IMG/VR virus record: IMGVR_UViG_3300046777_001387
Coordinates: 19,697 to 83,696 of that record
Origin: a virus
Direction: 5' to 3' (one strand)
Length of the DNA: 64,000 bases
This document shows positions 1-9,430 of this stretch, in pieces. Within the stretch, counting starts at the first letter, position 1. Every line of letters starts with the position of its first letter. A program made the translations under genes and the position numbers. The notes beneath the pieces were generated by a model that saw only the letters and a program-made list of their open reading frames with translations, did not search any database and had not been told where the DNA came from.

Positions 1-948
1 GTCAAGATTCCTCCCAAGACTGATAAACCGGGAGGTATTGGCAAGATTCTACCGAGTGGCTCGGGTTCTGACGCTGCAGCCACGGGTCTGCCAACTCCTT
101 CCGCACCAGCCACTGCCAATGGCTTCCGTATGGCACCGAATGGATCGTTGGTGGCTGCAGGGGCACCGGTTGTTTCCAGCTTCCGTTCGGCACTGGCAGC
201 TTCCCCAGCGTTCAATGGAATCGACTTTGGAACGGTCAGTGGTTCGGTTGCCAGCGCTGCCGGTGGGCTGAATATAAACAGTATTGCTGGAGCAGGTATT
301 GTGGGTGGCGTGGCTGGTATTGCACAAACTGTAACCACAGCAGCTTCGGATGCTCTAAGTTCGGTAATTCAGGGCAACAACTTCTTGGGTTCGCTGCAGG
401 CATTGACTTCGCCGGGAGCAATTGCTTCGCTCCCAATTTCGATGTCTTCTGCGGTTTCTACAATTACCAATTCTCTGGGATCGATTTCTGGAAAGGATAT
501 TCTGGGAATCACTCAGTCAATTCCACAAATTTCTGGAATTGCAAAGTCGGCAATTGCAACCGCACAGATGACGCTGCAGAGAACCATTCCGTTCCTAGAT
601 TTGCAGACCTCGATGCTCGAGTTCGAGGATGTTATGAATGGTATTTCTGGATACATCCAGAATCTGGATATCGTGGACCAAGTGCTTATCCAGACCGGTT
701 GCCAAGAGGTGGTGGATTTGGCACTCGCCAAGGAAGTGGTCGTCAGCCTTGTGGATACGCTACTACCACGCAGCGAAGATCGTCAGGAGTTCACCTACGA
801 AACCGGCAAGCGTCTATATCCATCGACAGAAACCGTCGCCATTCCGGTTCCAGAAGAACCCGAACCATTCGTCGAACCAGTGCAGTCAACCCCAGTCGTG
901 GAAGAATTGCCGCCTGAAGAACCACCAACCGATGAGTTGAGCGAATAA
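1..948 (+). CDS. 5'-truncated baseplate-region protein (possibly a gp5 C-terminal extension or the adjacent hypothetical), with an acidic Pro-rich tail
   Basis: Frame 1 is open from base 1, upstream of the track's ATG at 130. It lies just before the gp25/gp6 block, where gp53-gp5 sit in many T4-like genomes. No diagnostic motif is visible. Confidence 0.5.
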   Translation, partial: VKIPPKTDKPGGIGKILPSGSGSDAAATGLPTPSAPATANGFRMAPNGSLVAAGAPVVSSFRSALAASPAFNGIDFGTVSGSVASAAGGLNINSIAGAGIVGGVAGIAQTVTTAASDALSSVIQGNNFLGSLQALTSPGAIASLPISMSSAVSTITNSLGSISGKDILGITQSIPQISGIAKSAIATAQMTLQRTIPFLDLQTSMLEFEDVMNGISGYIQNLDIVDQVLIQTGCQEVVDLALAKEVVVSLVDTLLPRSEDRQEFTYETGKRLYPSTETVAIPVPEEPEPFVEPVQSTPVVEELPPEEPPTDELSE

Positions 949-949
949 T

Positions 950-2068
950 ATGGCTGAAGATAATCTATTAGCAGACAGTCTAGTGACGCTAGCCATGGGC
1001 GCTGCCAATGGCAATACAGGTCTGGAGCAAACTCTTTCCCAGATTTCCACCAATCCTCTGGGCACTGTGATTGCAGACCTAAAGTCGACCATTTCCTATT
1101 ACACGGCGAATAACTTTGCTGGACTAGACGTAGAGCTAGCGAGTATTGCGTCGAATCCTGCGATGAATACTGCCTATAACACTCTCAAGTCTGCACTGGG
1201 TGGAGGCGATGGATTGAGTGGTGCGGTGTCGTATTTGAATCGCTTTCAGGATCACACGGATCGTCTATCGGGAGTGGCACTCGCCAGCGACTCGCCATTC
1301 GCCAATAACCAGAATGATTCCACCTCAGAGTACTCGACATTCTTTGGATTAGAAGCGAATTCTTTTACAAATATTATCTCCTTCCCTGCTAATAAGTATC
1401 GCTCGGGCAAGTATCTGGTGCAGGCTTCTGCCGACAAAGAACACCAGCTGACTGAGCTATATGTAATGCACGATAATAAAAACGTATTCCTGCGCGAAGT
1501 ATTAATGGTGATGACGCAGGATCCATTCGTGGTCTTTACGGGAACGCTGGTGGATAATACAGTTAGAGTTTTGGCAAACACCGCATACAGCAATACGGAT
1601 ATGGTGGTGGATGGCACTAGGCTGCAGATTGCCACCAAGGCAAAGTCCTCGGCACAGATTTCCCAGAAGAAGATTCTCGAGCAAGCAGCAGCCATGCGTG
1701 CTTATGCACCGTCGAATAAAACCGACCACGTGGCAGCGCAGGCTGGGTCTATTCTAAAGGTGAGTCTGGTGGCGGATTTGTCGCAAAAGATTAAGGATAT
1801 TGTTCCACTAATGCGCGACCCAAGCTTTGTTTCCTCTCAGGGAGGCGAGGCTGGTGCTCTTACATTTATGGCAAACACGATAAATACGATGTGTCTAGAT
1901 TTACAGAATTCTGTGGACAACGACATTGCCAGCTATGATAATATTGCTAAGCAAATCGAGGCACTAGAAGTTTTGTACATTCTCCAAACCCACTATGCAA
2001 ACTCCAAATCTGTCGTAGAACTAACCACGACTTCCTCGGTAAAGGGCGACCTAAAGAAAGATGGCTGA
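950..2068 (+). CDS. Hypothetical virion structural protein
   Basis: 372-aa ORF packed tightly between neighbours. The 'YRSGKYLVQAS...ELYVMHD' segment resembles a small beta-domain I recall from T4-like structural proteins. Confidence 0.6.
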   Translation: MAEDNLLADSLVTLAMGAANGNTGLEQTLSQISTNPLGTVIADLKSTISYYTANNFAGLDVELASIASNPAMNTAYNTLKSALGGGDGLSGAVSYLNRFQDHTDRLSGVALASDSPFANNQNDSTSEYSTFFGLEANSFTNIISFPANKYRSGKYLVQASADKEHQLTELYVMHDNKNVFLREVLMVMTQDPFVVFTGTLVDNTVRVLANTAYSNTDMVVDGTRLQIATKAKSSAQISQKKILEQAAAMRAYAPSNKTDHVAAQAGSILKVSLVADLSQKIKDIVPLMRDPSFVSSQGGEAGALTFMANTINTMCLDLQNSVDNDIASYDNIAKQIEALEVLYILQTHYANSKSVVELTTTSSVKGDLKKDG

Positions 2069-2453
2069 GAGCACCAAAAAATATACCGATCTGGATCTGG
2101 AGTTTTTACCGCATCCAGTCACCGGTGACATCACCAAAAAGAAAGACGTCGCTGCAGTTATGACGTCGGTTCGCAACTTGTTGTTGACTTCGTTCTACGA
2201 GCGTCCATTCCAGCCTGCTATTGGATCGAATCTGAGAAGGATGCTCTTCGAACCAATTGATCGACTGACGTCGCTACAGATTCGCGACGAGATTAAGAAT
2301 GTGGTGTCAAACTTCGAGCCTCGTGTAAATCTACAGGGTATTGTCGTAGACCCAGACTATGATCGCCAACGATATGACGTCACGTTGACCTTTTTTATTG
2401 TTTCCAATCCTGATCCAATTACGATCAATCTTTTTCTAGAAAGAGTAAGATAA
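2061..2453 (+). CDS. gp25: Baseplate wedge subunit gp25
   Basis: 'YTDLDLEFLPHPVTGDI', 'SVRNLLLTSFYERPFQPAIGS' and 'FEPRV' motifs; 130 aa; precedes gp6. Confidence 0.95.
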   Translation: MAESTKKYTDLDLEFLPHPVTGDITKKKDVAAVMTSVRNLLLTSFYERPFQPAIGSNLRRMLFEPIDRLTSLQIRDEIKNVVSNFEPRVNLQGIVVDPDYDRQRYDVTLTFFIVSNPDPITINLFLERVR

Positions 2454-2454
2454 A

Positions 2455-4518
2455 ATGGCAGATTCAGACGCAAAGCTAAAAATCGCTGAGCTCGACTTCG
2501 AGCAAATAAAGAATAACCTCAAGAATTATCTGAGGTCGCAGAACGAATTTAGCGATTACAACTTTGAAGGTTCTGGTATGGCAGTTCTGTTGGATCTGCT
2601 TGCCTACAATACTCACTACATGAGTTTCTACCTGAATATGGTCGCCAACGAGATGTTTATCGACACTGCGTTGACGCGTCCTTCGGTAGTTTCCCATGCC
2701 AAGCTTCTGGGTTATACACCGGGAAGCCGAGTGGCTTCGCAAGCCACAATTAATGTGGCATTCCAAGAAGTCAGTGGTGGCGCAAACTCGGCGATGACTC
2801 TGCCAAGATTCACTCGTTTCGTCACCTCGCCAAAAGACGGAAAGAGCTATGTGTTCGTCAACACGGAAACCCGAGTAGTTTCCAAGAACAATGCTGGATA
2901 TTTTAACTTCGAAGGTGTCAAGCTAAAGGAAGGTCAGCCTGTCGGCTATACCTTTACTTACGATTCGACGAATAATCCAAAGCAGATTTTCGAGCTCCCC
3001 GATGCAGGAATCGATCTCGACACGCTAGTGGTTCAGGTGCAGCGATCCAACCAGAATGCCAATCTAGAGACGTTTGTATTGGCAGAGGACGCAACTGAGG
3101 TTCTTACTGATTCACCAGTTTATTACGTCGAGGAAAATAGAAATGGTAAGTACCAGATCTACTTCGGCGATGGAGTTATCGGTAAGCAGCTAGTGCAAGG
3201 CAATATTGTTATTGTGTCGTATATTGTAACCTCGGGCGATGCGGCGAATGGAATTCGAGTGTTTAGATTGGCAGATAATGTCAAGCCCGGATCCACACCC
3301 ACTATCACTCTGCTGACGGAATCCTCAGCGGGTCGACTCGAAGAAAGCATCGAGAATATCAAGTTCACTGCACCCAAGAGTTTTATCGCACAGAACCGTG
3401 CAGTTACCAAGAACGATTATATTGCAATGATCAATAAGAACTATCCATACTTCGACTCCGTCACCGTATGGGGTGGAGAAGAGGCAGTGCCTCCGGTTTA
3501 TGGAAAGATTTTCTTCTCGGTCAAGCCACGCGGTAACTACGAAATCACAGAAACAGAAGTCGAGTATCTGAAAAACGATGTCATTCGCCCTGTTTCGGTG
3601 CTTACGGTTACTCCAGAATACGTGCCTGCTGATTACAATTATCTAAACTTTGTTGTGGATGTTATGTACGATCCACGCAAGACAACGCTGACTGCGGGTG
3701 CAATTCAAACTGCAGTGCGTAGTGCAATTGTTGGATTTGTGGATGAGAATCTAAACACTTTCAATAATACCTTTAAAGCTTCCAAGCTTATTCGTGCAAT
3801 TGACGATGCGGATCCATCGATCGAGAATAACTCTACAAAGATCTATATTGAGAAGCGTTTCCGTCCAGAACTAAACCAGTCCAAGAGCTATCGCCTAGAC
3901 TTCTACGTTCCCCTCAAGAAAGGAACCGCGCTGGACAGAGTTACTTCCTCGCCGTCGTTTGAGATTTACGACGAATTCAATGTTCTGCGTAATGCATTCA
4001 TTGAGGAAGTTCCCCAGTCGTTCACCGGTATTGATGAGATCGAAGTGGTTACCACTGGCGATGGATACACTGACCTGCCAGAGATTATGATCGAAGGCGA
4101 CGGAACTGGTGCCAGTGCTGCACCGATTGTTGTCAACGGCAAGCTAAAGTCTATTGTGGTAACGAATCCGGGTGCTAATTATTCGGCAGCAATCGTTAGA
4201 ATTTCTGGTGGTAATGGCACCGGAGCTACTGCAAGAGCAATTCTGCAAGGCAAGAAAGGCGCGCTGAGAATCTACTACTATGACTCCAACAATATCAAGC
4301 GTGTCATCAATAATAATGCCGGAACCATCTACTATAATCAGGGATATATCGAACTAAATAATTTCGCACCAGTAAGCGTCAAGGATCCATTCGGAACTAT
4401 GGTCTTCAAGGCACAGCCGGAAACAAACGTGTTCTCAACCACTCGCAACGCCATTTTGACGGTTGATATTACGGATCCTGCTGCCATTGACATTCGAGTC
4501 GGCGCGGTAAGTTATTAA
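2455..4518 (+). CDS. gp6: Baseplate wedge subunit gp6
   Basis: 'LDFEQIKNNLKNYL...FSDYNFEGSG..VLLDLLAYNTHY', 'QNRAVTKNDY' and 'VWGGEE' motifs. Confidence 0.96.
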   Translation: MADSDAKLKIAELDFEQIKNNLKNYLRSQNEFSDYNFEGSGMAVLLDLLAYNTHYMSFYLNMVANEMFIDTALTRPSVVSHAKLLGYTPGSRVASQATINVAFQEVSGGANSAMTLPRFTRFVTSPKDGKSYVFVNTETRVVSKNNAGYFNFEGVKLKEGQPVGYTFTYDSTNNPKQIFELPDAGIDLDTLVVQVQRSNQNANLETFVLAEDATEVLTDSPVYYVEENRNGKYQIYFGDGVIGKQLVQGNIVIVSYIVTSGDAANGIRVFRLADNVKPGSTPTITLLTESSAGRLEESIENIKFTAPKSFIAQNRAVTKNDYIAMINKNYPYFDSVTVWGGEEAVPPVYGKIFFSVKPRGNYEITETEVEYLKNDVIRPVSVLTVTPEYVPADYNYLNFVVDVMYDPRKTTLTAGAIQTAVRSAIVGFVDENLNTFNNTFKASKLIRAIDDADPSIENNSTKIYIEKRFRPELNQSKSYRLDFYVPLKKGTALDRVTSSPSFEIYDEFNVLRNAFIEEVPQSFTGIDEIEVVTTGDGYTDLPEIMIEGDGTGASAAPIVVNGKLKSIVVTNPGANYSAAIVRISGGNGTGATARAILQGKKGALRIYYYDSNNIKRVINNNAGTIYYNQGYIELNNFAPVSVKDPFGTMVFKAQPETNVFSTTRNAILTVDITDPAAIDIRVGAVSY

Positions 4519-4519
4519 T

Positions 4520-7500
4520 ATGTCCAGCGTAGAAAAAACAGTTTCGGCACTGATTGAAACTCAGCTGCCTGAGTTCGTTCGCTCAGGTAGCTCGAAGTTT
4601 CAAAGATTTCTCGAGCTCTACTACACGTGGCTAGAGAATAATGGTTCGTTCCAAGGCGTAGGCAATACCACCTATCAATTTGGCAATACTGTCTTCCATA
4701 TACAAAACATCGACAAGTATCGCGATATTGATGAGACGCTAGACCCATTCATTCGCCTGTTCAAGCAGGAACTGCTCCCATACTTCCCCGAAAATACTTC
4801 GCTGGATCTGGTTAAGATTCTCAAAGGCGCAAGAGAGTTCTATGTAAAGAAGGGCAGCGAAGAATCCGTCAAGTGGCTGTTCCGAGTATTATTCGACGAA
4901 GACGTCCAGATCTATTATCCAAAGCGTCAGATTCTAATTGCTTCGGACGGAAAGTGGAAACTGCCACAGGCATTCCAGCTAACGCTAACGGGGCAAAATC
5001 TTTCCATTAACCCAAACCTGCTCGAGAAGCACAAGGGTATTGGATCTATTTCTACTGCTACTTGTATTATCGAGTCGGCAAACAAGACCATTGACAGCGT
5101 ATTTGGAAATGAGATTCTAGAAATCTATGTATCGAATGTTAGCAAAGAATTCGAAAACGGCGAAAATCTAGAAATCGAATATACTGACGAATTTGGCATC
5201 GAAAGAAGTTTCTCTGAGAAAATCATCGGTGCAATTTCTGGTATTCGTATTGACTCCAACATCAAGACCGATCCACAGCAAAGACGCAGAGGCTTGACCT
5301 ATAACGTTGGCGATCCAGTGGTGGTGTTTGGCGGTCTCGACAGCACTCCGCTAGCCAACGATGCCGTTGCGGTGGTGGGTAACGTTACGGTTGGATCGAT
5401 TGAAGGTCTAAACATTCTATTCCCCGGTTATGGTTATCGCACTTATTGGAATACTGAGTCGATTGTATATCGCTCGGAAACCGATGACCCTAACGCCAAC
5501 CAGAGCACGGACATTCGTGCGGTTGCAGCCAATTACTCTGTAAACTCCAACAGCCAATTTAACTTCTCAGAATATATCAGCGTCGATATGATGCCGATTA
5601 ATTATCTGGAAGGCGTGGCGTTGAGTGCTACGGAATATTCCATCTTCACACAGAATAACAGAAACATCGTAATCAACGTCACCGAGACTAACTCGACGTT
5701 GAAATATAATAACTTCGAAGACGTTTACGCTAACGGTGCGTCGTACGAAACTGCCAATTTCAGAGGAAAAATCCTCACCTCGAATAGCTCAGTTGGCTTT
5801 GGTGCAGGTGGCGTTGCTTGTACTGCGACTATTATTCTGTTTGCGGTTTCGAATACGGTTCCGTTGAACACGACTGGATTCCTCGTAAATCGTCCGTTGA
5901 TCGGAGCGAATACGCTAAAGCAATTCACTGTCAACAGCATCACTAACTCGCAGCTGCCTGCTAATATCGATAGCCAGATCCAACAGACACAAAACTATCA
6001 ATTAATCCAGACTGGTGGCGTTTCGCTGTTCAATATTATCAACGGTGGATACGGATTCCGTACTGCTCCGACGGTTGATGTTAGCAGTTACTTCGACACG
6101 TATGAGTCGGAAAACTACGATTATGCTCAGCAAAGAGCACTGTGGACTTCTACTAGACAGCCTATGGGTGCATTTGGATATATTGCACACGTTTATGTCG
6201 ATAATCCCGGAATCGGCTATGCCAACGGCGATAGTATTGTGGTCAGCGACAGAGGCTACGGATTCACTGGTTATGTGAACGTAAACAGTGCTGGCGCTAT
6301 CATGACCACCACTATTACTAATCGTGGTGAGGGTTATTATGGACCCAAGACTGCTCGCGTTGTTTCGGCGACGGGCACCGGTGGAGCAGTTTCAGCTTAC
6401 GGATTCGGCGAAGGTCTCAGAACCGTAACGGTGACGGGTGCAATTGGAAGAATCTCGGACGTCAGAATGAAGTCCAGAGGTTTTGATTATATCTCGGCAC
6501 CTCTAGTTTCCTTCAAGGTTGTTGATATTGTTATTGATCCAATCTTGGAAAATGAGACTCTGACCGAAGGCGAAAGAGTCTATCAGGGTGCGTCGCTGGT
6601 TAACCCAATCTTCACTGGTATTGTGAAGGAATATAACCGCACCACTAACGTGCTTAGATTGTTTAATTACTCGGGTGCGTCGTTCGGTAACTTCAATGCC
6701 TCCATTCCTTTCACCAGCGAAGGTGGCGTGAGCTTTACTGTTAATCTGACCGCCAGAGTTCCTGCTCCTACCGAATACCCAATCGCCACCCGTGCCAATG
6801 GACTACCAAATCCATGGTTCTACGGAAACGGCAGAGCCAGAGGTATTGCTGAGTTCTATAACGGTTTGATTAAGTATCCCGGATTCTTTATCAATACCGA
6901 CGGCTTCCTGAGTGCAGATAAAAAAACTCAGGACGGCAAGACCTACCACAATTATTCCTATGTGATTGAGTCTGAGAAGTCGTTGGTGGAATATCGAGCT
7001 TCGTTGCGTGATATTGTCCACCCAGCTGGCATGTCGATGCAAGCACGCACCACTTCCCAGTCAAGCATTGTGAATACGCCACAGGCGAATACGGTTATCT
7101 ACTTGAACGCGCAGAACCCTGCTTCTTCGTTGATCAATGTGCAAAACTCCTACACGACAAGAGTCAACGGAGTTTCAACCGAGTTCAATACTGCTAACGT
7201 AGGTGACTTGCTGATCATTACAGATACCACTAATCCGCTGCGTAGCCAAGTCAAGACTATTAAGACCATCGAGAGCGCAACCACGCTGAATGTCGATAGC
7301 AACTTTATCTACGTCGGTCAGGGTAGATTGACGCTGACTAACGGCAGTTCGCAGTATAGAATTACTGGAAACTCCAATAATATCTTTGAGTTCCTGCAAA
7401 TCGGCGATCAGGTTCTGTATAATATTGCTGTGGCTAATGTGTTCTCTGCACAGACCGGTACCGTTGCAGTTACTTCGGGATCGGCTCTAGTTACTGGAAC

Positions 7501-7807
7501 AGGCAGCGCGTTCAATACTCAATTGGCAGCGAATGATATTATTCGCATAAATAATCAAGTCAAGAAGGTTGTCAACATCGCTTCTGCGACAATACTGAAC
7601 GTCAATTCAGCCTTTACCGCAACCAACACCGGAATCCAAATTCAGAAGCTTGCAACCATAATTCGCGCTAATGTGACCGGTGTGATTGCTGATTATATCA
7701 ACACCGACGCTAGCGCAATTGCAAATGCCAATAATCTGGTATATAAAGTGAACCCAGATTATAAGAGCGTAAACTATGATTACGAAATCATCACTGTAAC
7801 GGAATAA
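4520..7807 (+). CDS. gp7: Baseplate wedge initiator gp7-like
   Basis: 'QLPEFVR...FLELYY', 'FYVKKGSEES..WLFRVLF', and 'YHNYSYVIES..SL.EY...L..IVHPAG'; located between gp6 and gp8. Confidence 0.85.
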   Translation: MSSVEKTVSALIETQLPEFVRSGSSKFQRFLELYYTWLENNGSFQGVGNTTYQFGNTVFHIQNIDKYRDIDETLDPFIRLFKQELLPYFPENTSLDLVKILKGAREFYVKKGSEESVKWLFRVLFDEDVQIYYPKRQILIASDGKWKLPQAFQLTLTGQNLSINPNLLEKHKGIGSISTATCIIESANKTIDSVFGNEILEIYVSNVSKEFENGENLEIEYTDEFGIERSFSEKIIGAISGIRIDSNIKTDPQQRRRGLTYNVGDPVVVFGGLDSTPLANDAVAVVGNVTVGSIEGLNILFPGYGYRTYWNTESIVYRSETDDPNANQSTDIRAVAANYSVNSNSQFNFSEYISVDMMPINYLEGVALSATEYSIFTQNNRNIVINVTETNSTLKYNNFEDVYANGASYETANFRGKILTSNSSVGFGAGGVACTATIILFAVSNTVPLNTTGFLVNRPLIGANTLKQFTVNSITNSQLPANIDSQIQQTQNYQLIQTGGVSLFNIINGGYGFRTAPTVDVSSYFDTYESENYDYAQQRALWTSTRQPMGAFGYIAHVYVDNPGIGYANGDSIVVSDRGYGFTGYVNVNSAGAIMTTTITNRGEGYYGPKTARVVSATGTGGAVSAYGFGEGLRTVTVTGAIGRISDVRMKSRGFDYISAPLVSFKVVDIVIDPILENETLTEGERVYQGASLVNPIFTGIVKEYNRTTNVLRLFNYSGASFGNFNASIPFTSEGGVSFTVNLTARVPAPTEYPIATRANGLPNPWFYGNGRARGIAEFYNGLIKYPGFFINTDGFLSADKKTQDGKTYHNYSYVIESEKSLVEYRASLRDIVHPAGMSMQARTTSQSSIVNTPQANTVIYLNAQNPASSLINVQNSYTTRVNGVSTEFNTANVGDLLIITDTTNPLRSQVKTIKTIESATTLNVDSNFIYVGQGRLTLTNGSSQYRITGNSNNIFEFLQIGDQVLYNIAVANVFSAQTGTVAVTSGSALVTGTGSAFNTQLAANDIIRINNQVKKVVNIASATILNVNSAFTATNTGIQIQKLATIIRANVTGVIADYINTDASAIANANNLVYKVNPDYKSVNYDYEIITVTE

Positions 7808-7809
7808 AC

Positions 7810-9417
7810 ATGAAATCAGTCATTACGCCACTTCTGAAGTATCAGATTGCAGAAACTCTAAAGAACGAAATGTTCTCGACGAGCGCCAATACCTATATTG
7901 GCATCGGTAGACCTATTAGATGGGGCAACGATAATACTGAGGTTGCCGGAGAGATTGAAGAGGTTTCGTATACTACGAATTACATCAATCAAGTATACAG
8001 AGATATGGTGGCAGTGAAGAAGATTACTGCCTCGGATATTGCTCTGGTTGTTCCTCGAGTGGACTGGACAACCAGCACTCGCTATGACGAATACCTAGAC
8101 CATAGAGAAATCTTCTCACACGACAGCTATACTTCTTTGGGTAATCTGACGGCATCTGCATCCTCGGGTTGCACCGCAATTAATATTGCGAGCTCGTACA
8201 ATACCAGCGTTGAGGTTGGATCGATTATTACAATCGGATCCAGAGAAGATAAAGAAGTCGTCACCGTACAAACTATCGCCACAAACACAATCCTGACACT
8301 GAACTCGGCGACTTCTACTGCATACACCAATGCAAATACGCTGGCAGTATTGCAGAACACCTATCCAAAGTTCGCCAATAACTTCTATGTGCTGAACTCC
8401 AAGGATCAGGTTTTCAAGTGCCTGTTCAATAACAGCAATGGTCTTTCGACGGTTGAGCCAACCATTGATATCGACGGTCAGCTTCCAGAGAATCCATACG
8501 TTGAGCCGGGAGACGGATATAAGTGGAAGTATCTCTACACTATTCCGTATGGCTACAAGCAAAAGTTCTTCACTAAGAATTGGATGCCAGTTCTGTCGGA
8601 CAATGCCGTTACTGCTGGTGCACTAGACGGAAGAATCGACATTATCAAGGTTGTCAACGGTGGCACAGGTTATTATCTGTCCGGACAATCTGGAAATAGC
8701 AATACTCTGCCCATTATCACTGTTGTCGGCGACGGCACCGGCGCTAACGTAACCGCAAAGGTTGCCAGTGGCGTTATTGTGGACCTGAATATTCTGAATG
8801 GTGGTTTTGGTTATACCAAGGGCACAATCGTCGTAAACGATCCTGACCAGCTAGCCAATGGCACTCCAGCTTCCTTCGACGTAAACATCAGCCCCAAGGG
8901 TGGACATGGATCTAATCCATTGAAGGAATTGGGTTGCTATACTGCGATGGTTTCTGTCGATCTAATTGGAACTGAGTCTGGACAGATTCCTGTCGGCTCA
9001 CCAACCACGGGTCAGTTTGACTTCCGTCAGATTTCTCTGATTCGTGATCCGCAGCTTGCCAATGGCAGATACGCAACCTCCAGCGTCTACAGAACAACCA
9101 CTGTTCTTACGGTTTCTGATCCCGGTATCACCAACTTCACCAATGACGAAGTGGTCAGTACCACAGCAGGGTTCACAGCAACTGTTATTGACTGGGATCC
9201 GAATAATAATCTTTTGTCCATAAATAACAAAGATGGAACTCTGTCTGTTGGCGATCAGGTATTCGGTAACGTCACCGGCGCAGTTTCAACAGTAACCGCT
9301 ATTCAAGAACCCACTCTAAGCTTGTTCACCGGCGATCTGCTATATATTGAAAACAAACTAAAAGTGATTCGCGATATTGATCAGTCGGAACAAATCAGAG
9401 TAATTCTATCATTCTAG
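7810..9417 (+). CDS. gp8: Baseplate wedge subunit gp8
   Basis: 'YIGIGRPIRW', 'VVPRVDW', 'FYVLNS...VFKCLFN', 'DGYKWKYLY', 'FRQISLIRDP' and C-terminal 'GDLLYIEN...EQIRVILSF'. Confidence 0.93.
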   Translation: MKSVITPLLKYQIAETLKNEMFSTSANTYIGIGRPIRWGNDNTEVAGEIEEVSYTTNYINQVYRDMVAVKKITASDIALVVPRVDWTTSTRYDEYLDHREIFSHDSYTSLGNLTASASSGCTAINIASSYNTSVEVGSIITIGSREDKEVVTVQTIATNTILTLNSATSTAYTNANTLAVLQNTYPKFANNFYVLNSKDQVFKCLFNNSNGLSTVEPTIDIDGQLPENPYVEPGDGYKWKYLYTIPYGYKQKFFTKNWMPVLSDNAVTAGALDGRIDIIKVVNGGTGYYLSGQSGNSNTLPIITVVGDGTGANVTAKVASGVIVDLNILNGGFGYTKGTIVVNDPDQLANGTPASFDVNISPKGGHGSNPLKELGCYTAMVSVDLIGTESGQIPVGSPTTGQFDFRQISLIRDPQLANGRYATSSVYRTTTVLTVSDPGITNFTNDEVVSTTAGFTATVIDWDPNNNLLSINNKDGTLSVGDQVFGNVTGAVSTVTAIQEPTLSLFTGDLLYIENKLKVIRDIDQSEQIRVILSF

Positions 9418-9430
9418 AGCAGGATAAACA